51,108 nt of DNA from a bacterium (GTDB taxonomy: Bacteria > Bacillota_I > Bacilli_A > RF39 > UBA660), in the NCBI GenBank assembly GCA_963589235.1, contig CAVAJX010000038.1:1-51108 (forward strand), read 5' to 3'. A model generated the notes under the pieces. That model worked only from the letters and a program-made list of their open reading frames with translations, did not search any database and was not told where the DNA came from. Positions 47,176-51,108 of the stretch are shown here, piece by piece; the first letter of the stretch is position 1; every line of letters starts with the position of its first letter. The position numbers and the translations under genes were made by a program.

Positions 47176-48195
47176 ATGGATAATAAATTAATTGGAAATG
47201 AGAAAAATATTTTGTTCTATAATGATGAAGAAGGAAATACAAAAGTAGAAGTACTATTAGAAAATGAAGATGTTTGGTTAAATGCCGAGGCATTAGCAGC
47301 ACTTTTTAATATTGATAGAAGTGGAATTGTAAGACATATTAACAATATTTATAAAGATGAAGAGCTAGATGAAAATAGCACATGTGCAAAAATTGCACAT
47401 ATGGGTAATGTTGGTAAGCAAACTTACAATACTAAGTATTATAATCTTGATATGATTATTTCTATTGGATTTAGAGTTAACTCTAAAAAAGCAATTAAAT
47501 TTAGAATTTGGGCAAATAAAATAATTAAAGATTATATGGTTCAAGGTTTTGCTTTAAATGATGAAAGATTTTTAAAAGCAAAAAAATCTGATCAAGAGTA
47601 TTTTAAAAGATTACTTGAAAGAATTAAATTAATTCGTACAAGCGAGAGAATGTTTTATCAAAAAATTACTGATATATTTGCTGAATGTTCTATTGATTAT
47701 GATAAAAATAGTGATACTGCAATAACTTTTTATAAAACTATTCAGAATAAATTTCATTATGCAATTACTGGAAACACTGCTGCTGAAATAGTTTATAAAA
47801 GAGTGGATTCTACAAAAGAAAATATGGGACTTACTACTTGGGAAAAATCACCTGATGGAAAAATTTTAAAATCTGATGTAATTATTGCCAAGAACTATTT
47901 AAATGAACAAGAAATTAAAAATTTAAATAATTTAGTAAACTTATTTTTGGATATCGCTGAAAATAATGCAGAAAGAAGTATAACTATGTATATGGAAGGT
48001 TGGAAAAATGAAGTAGAAAATGCCTTAAAAGTTTTTCATTATGAAGTTTTAGAAGGAAAAGGAAAAATCTCACATAAACAAGCAGTCGAAAAAGCGGAAA
48101 ACGAATATGAAAAATATAAAATTATACAGGATAAAAATTATGTGTCAGATTTTGATAAACTATTAAGAGAAACAAAGCAAATTGAAAATAAATAA
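47176..48195 (+). CDS. rhuM: RhuM-family protein (paralog 1)
   Basis: WL....LA.LF......I..HI.NIY...EL...STC, YYNLDMIISIGFRVNSK and ..F..LL.RI..IR.SER.FYQK are characteristic of the RhuM family. Roughly half of the residues are identical by eye to the product of 50014-51024. Confidence 0.8.
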   Translation: MDNKLIGNEKNILFYNDEEGNTKVEVLLENEDVWLNAEALAALFNIDRSGIVRHINNIYKDEELDENSTCAKIAHMGNVGKQTYNTKYYNLDMIISIGFRVNSKKAIKFRIWANKIIKDYMVQGFALNDERFLKAKKSDQEYFKRLLERIKLIRTSERMFYQKITDIFAECSIDYDKNSDTAITFYKTIQNKFHYAITGNTAAEIVYKRVDSTKENMGLTTWEKSPDGKILKSDVIIAKNYLNEQEIKNLNNLVNLFLDIAENNAERSITMYMEGWKNEVENALKVFHYEVLEGKGKISHKQAVEKAENEYEKYKIIQDKNYVSDFDKLLRETKQIENK

Positions 48196-48250
48196 ATTGC
48201 ACATTAGATAAAAAAACAAAAATATGATATACTCATATCAAGAGAACGAA

Positions 48251-48278
48251 TGTGGACAGTGTCCACAATTTGTCCACA
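48251..48278. promoter_or_regulatory. Cluster of three TGTCCACA boxes (inverted pair plus a direct copy)
   Basis: TGTGGACA g TGTCCACA att TGTCCACA. The same octamer recurs at 44334-44341, 48522-48529 and 49916-49923. Confidence 0.35.
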
Positions 48279-48402
48279 GTAGAGAAATATTTATAATATA
48301 AATAGTACGGATAATACAGATAATATAGATAATATAGATGATACCTAGTCTGGAAAAGCCTGAAATACAAGTAATATTATAAATACAAATAATACAGATA
48401 AT

Positions 48403-48462
48403 ATGGGAGTACAAAGTTCTTGTGACTCTGGTAAGAAATATAAACAATGTTGTGGAAAGTAA
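48403..48462 (+). pseudogene. Relic of a SEC-C zinc-motif C-terminus
   Basis: Reads ...SSCDSGKKYKQCCGK*. Upstream, the same frame contains stops and DN(T/I) repeats. Confidence 0.45.
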
Positions 48463-48660
48463 TATAAATGAGTGAAAATCATTAATTTAAAAATCAGCAA
48501 TTTGGTTCGAGTTTTAGAACTTGTCCACAAAAATTAAAAATATGTAGTAAAATAAAGGTGTGAACAATGATTATATTTGTTGACACCTTTTAAAATCTAA
48601 TAGAAATGTGGGCAAATAATGGAAGAAAATAACAATAATATTGTAATTTATCAAACTGAT
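48442..48660 (+). repeat. Duplicated module, copy 1 (SEC-C tail, intergenic region, first 14 rhuM codons)
   Basis: Aligns with 49836-50055. The distal ~140 nt are about 90% identical by eye. Confidence 0.7.
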
Positions 48661-48732
48661 AATTTGTTTAGAGAGTTAATTCAAGCTTTGCTAGATAAAA
48701 TTATTATAGATAAATATAGAAATTATTTATAA
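48619..48732 (+). pseudogene. rhuM 5' fragment fused to an unrelated 23-codon tail
   Basis: MEENNNNIVIYQTD is almost nucleotide-identical (2 mismatches in 42 nt) to the start of 50014-51024. It then reads NLFRELIQALLDKIIIDKYRNYL*. Confidence 0.55.
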
Positions 48733-48840
48733 ATTTAGTATATTGAATAATTAGAACTTTGTCGCAAGTGGCGAGAATGTGTGCATAAAAATGATAAACT
48801 ACTTATACAAGAAAAAACATAATAAAAAATAATTGTCGTA

Positions 48841-48854
48841 AGAACAAACGTTTG
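48841..48854 (+). promoter_or_regulatory. Possible LexA (Cheo-type) box in the promoter of the Bro-N/DinD-like gene
   Basis: AGAACAAACGTTTG compared with the consensus CGAAC-N4-GTTCG. Lies in the spacer between TTGTCG and TATTAT. Confidence 0.35.
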
Positions 48855-48882
48855 ATATTATATATAACAAGGGAGGTAATCG

Positions 48883-49740
48883 ATGAATCAAGACAAAATA
48901 CATTTAGTAAATAAAATATTTAATAATGAAACCATTAGAACAGTTTGGGATAAGGAACAAGAAAAATACTTTATAAGTGTTGTTGATTTAGTTGGAGTTA
49001 TTTCAGAAAGCAAGGATAAGCAAGCCTATTGGAGAAAACTTTAGCAACGTTTAAAAGAAGAAGGAAATGAAACCGTGACAAATTGTCACGCTTTGAAATT
49101 AAAAGCGCAAGATGGCAAATATCGTATGACAGATGTTGTTGATATTGAGGGAATGTTTAGAATTATAGAATCAATTCCTAGTAAAAATGCAGAGCCAATA
49201 AAACAATGGTTAGCTAAACTAGGTAGTGAAAGAATAGATGAAACTTTTGATCCATCACTTGCCGCTCAAAGAGCTATAGATATATACCGAGCTAAAGGTT
49301 ATGATGAAAAATGGATTGCAAAAAGATTAAAAGGAATCCAAGATAGAAAAGAATTAACTGATATTTGGCAAGAAAATGGTGTGGTTGAAGGTAAGAAATA
49401 TGCTATACTAACTAATGAGATCTATAAAGAATGGTCTGGTATGACGGCAAAAGAATATAAACAATACAAAGGACTTCGTAAAGAATCTTTAAGAGATAAT
49501 ATGGATAATATTGAAATAATATTAACTGATTTATCGGAAGAAACTGCAAAAAGACTTGCAGAGAAACATAAACCGCAGGGTTTAGAACAAAATAAAGAAG
49601 TAGCCAGAATGGGTGGACATGCTGCAAAGGTAGCAAGAGAAGATATAGAAAAAAATTTAGGAGAATCTGTTGTTACTAAACAAAATAGATTAAATTATGA
49701 ATATAATGAAACAAAGAAATTAGAAGTTTCTAAAAACTAG
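48883..49740 (+). pseudogene. Bro-N domain / DinD-like protein gene interrupted by an in-frame TAG
   Basis: GGGAGG RBS and ATG at 48883. The N-terminal 53 codons (..IRTVWDKEQEKYFISVVDLVGVIS..) are in frame with the track ORF at 49075-49740. A single TAG lies at 49042-49044. Confidence 0.75.
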
Positions 49741-49784
49741 GCTGTATCTGTGAAAAAAACATTGAAGAACTAGCATTATTATTA

Positions 49785-49856
49785 ATGCACTTAACATTTT
49801 GGAAAGATGATCCAAGTTCTTTTGAATATAGCTTAAAACAATGCTGTGGAAAGTAA
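49785..49856 (+). pseudogene. Second relic of a SEC-C-type C-terminus
   Basis: Reads ...FWKDDPSSFEYSLKQCCGK*. Its last 24 nt and stop match the relic at 48439-48462, with one mismatch. Confidence 0.4.
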
Positions 49857-50055
49857 TATAAGATAAGTGGAAATTAATAATTCGAAAATATTAATTTTAT
49901 TCAGATTTCATAACTTGTCCACAAAACATTAAAAATATGTAGTAAAATAAAGGTGCGAACAATGATTATATTTGTTGACGTCTTTTAAAATATAATAGAA
50001 ATGGGGCACAATAATGGAAGAAAATAACAATAATATTGTAATTTATCAAACAGAT
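49836..50055 (+). repeat. Duplicated module, copy 2
   Basis: Aligns with 48442-48660. Confidence 0.7.
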
Positions 50056-51024
50056 GATGGAATGACAAAAATAGATGTAAAACTTGAAGATGAAACAGTA
50101 TGGTTATCACAACAACAAATGGCAGAATTGTTTTCGACATCTAGAACAAATATTATTGAACATATAAATAATATTTATGCTGAAGAAGAATTGGATAAGA
50201 ATTCAACATGTCAAAATTTCCGACAAGTTCGAATAGAAGGTAATAGAACAGTAAATAGAGAGATTCCATATTACAATTTAGATATGATTATTTCTTTAGG
50301 ATATAGAATAAAATCAAAAGTTGCTACTAATTTTAGAAGATGGGCGACTGAAAGATTAAAAGAATATATGATTAAAGGCTTCACCATGGATGATGAAAGG
50401 CTTAAAGGTAACGGAGGCGGCAATTATTGGAAAGAATTGCTTGCAAGAATTAAAGATATAAGATCATCTGAAAAGGTATTATATAGACAGGTTCTTGATT
50501 TGTATGCGACTGCTGTAGATTATAATCCTAAAGACAGTAAATCAATTGAATTTTTTAAAATTGTTCAAAATAAACTTCATTATGCTGCCCATGGACATAC
50601 AGCACCTGAAGTAATATATGAAAGGGCAAATTCTGATAAACCTTTTATGGGATTAACTACTTTTAAAGGTGATTTGCCAGTAATGAGTGATGTTATAATT
50701 GCTAAAAATTATTTAAAAGAAGAAGAATTAAAAATTTTAAATAATTTAGTATCTGGATATTTTGATTTTGCTGAAATACAAGCAATTAGACATAATCCAA
50801 TGCATATGGATGATTATATTAAACAATTGGATACAATCCTTTCTAGTACTGGAGAAAAGTTACTTACTGGTGCAGGTGCAATTAGTCATGATAAAGCAAT
50901 AGAAAAAGCAAAAGATGAATATAAGAAATATCAAGTAAAAACAATAAGTCCGGTGGAAAAAGAGTATTTAGAAACTTTAAAAGCAATAAGTAATAAAATT
51001 GGTAATAAAGCAAAGAATGAATAG
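50014..51024 (+). CDS. rhuM: RhuM-family protein (paralog 2)
   Basis: Same family signature as 47176-48195 (YYNLDMIISLGYRIKSK, IKDIRSSEKVLYRQ). Confidence 0.8.
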   Translation: MEENNNNIVIYQTDDGMTKIDVKLEDETVWLSQQQMAELFSTSRTNIIEHINNIYAEEELDKNSTCQNFRQVRIEGNRTVNREIPYYNLDMIISLGYRIKSKVATNFRRWATERLKEYMIKGFTMDDERLKGNGGGNYWKELLARIKDIRSSEKVLYRQVLDLYATAVDYNPKDSKSIEFFKIVQNKLHYAAHGHTAPEVIYERANSDKPFMGLTTFKGDLPVMSDVIIAKNYLKEEELKILNNLVSGYFDFAEIQAIRHNPMHMDDYIKQLDTILSSTGEKLLTGAGAISHDKAIEKAKDEYKKYQVKTISPVEKEYLETLKAISNKIGNKAKNE

Positions 51025-51108
51025 AGTGTATCATCTAGATAGATTCTGTTTTTGCAGGATAAAATCACAAATTAACAAATTTTAAAGATGGTATGGAAAA
51101 AATATCAT

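Noticed and set aside
48251-48278. A DnaA-box-like cluster as a replication origin.
   Set aside because: There is no adjacent dnaA/dnaN and no AT-rich unwinding element with 13-mer-type repeats. All boxes deviate from the low-GC consensus at the same position. The site lies ~45-50 kb into a region transcribed co-directionally away from the parAB end. An operator or non-origin DnaA-box cluster is more plausible, and it is reported as a finding on that basis.
48310-48345. Four tandem 9-bp repeats (GATAATACA, GATAATATA, GATAATATA, GATGATACC) as a possible CRISPR or iteron array.
   Set aside because: They are far too short and have no spacers, so they are not CRISPR. They are in frame with the downstream SEC-C relic and read DNT-DNI-DNI-DDT, consistent with a decayed low-complexity coding repeat.
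49042-49044. The in-frame TAG in the Bro-N/DinD-like gene as programmed read-through or pyrrolysine recoding, or evidence for an alternative genetic code.
   Set aside because: TAG, TAA and TGA all terminate well-conserved genes in this window at the expected lengths (for example TAG in the DHH gene and the AbgT-family transporter gene, TGA in rplI and the tnpB relic ORFs). No PYLIS-like context or pyl genes are visible. A simple nonsense mutation or sequencing error is the economical explanation.

Overview
This is a 51.1-kb chromosomal segment from a low-GC (about 30% by eye), spore-forming Bacillota genome. It starts in the origin-proximal noc-soj-spo0J region.

**Positions 1 to ~37.8 kb: conserved housekeeping genes.** Most are on the + strand: ychF, rpsF-ssb-rpsR, rplI-dnaB, rlmH, ung, pta, a class A PBP, argS, rpoE, prfA-prmC, spoIIR, mntP, fba, murA, rpmE, rpiB, a spoIIQ-like gene, mreB/mbl and a tagO-like gene. 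A convergent agr-type quorum-sensing locus sits at 33.6-36.4 kb. Its AIP precursor gene, a 39-codon ORF with a TTG start, is absent from the ORF track.

**Positions 37.8-51.1 kb: progressively accessory.**
- A decayed group II intron sits directly behind the hpf terminator.
- An SLH/beta-helix surface protein follows, then secA.
- An orphan promoter-to-terminator RNA unit lies just after secA.
- An IS110-family element follows, with a structured 5' leader that is a bridge-RNA candidate.
- After a methyltransferase comes a recombined patchwork: two RhuM paralogs, a RhuM 5' fragment, a nonsense-mutated Bro-N/DinD-like gene and two relics of SEC-C zinc tails.

**Signal not explained by the ORF track.** A ~370-390-bp element occurs three times, at 17.8 kb (-), 28.5 kb (+) and 36.9 kb (+). 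Each copy sits between a terminator and the next gene (lemA-pta, an SGNH hydrolase, hpf). Each carries a promoter, a 12-codon relic of a TnpB N-terminus (M/L-YKA[D/Y]KF[K/R]L[H/Y]PI*) and a structured right end. I interpret these as internally deleted IS200/IS605-type elements that keep the omega-RNA/right-end module.

No rRNA, tRNA or CRISPR array was seen. All calls rest on reading the sequence and recalling family signatures; no searches were run.
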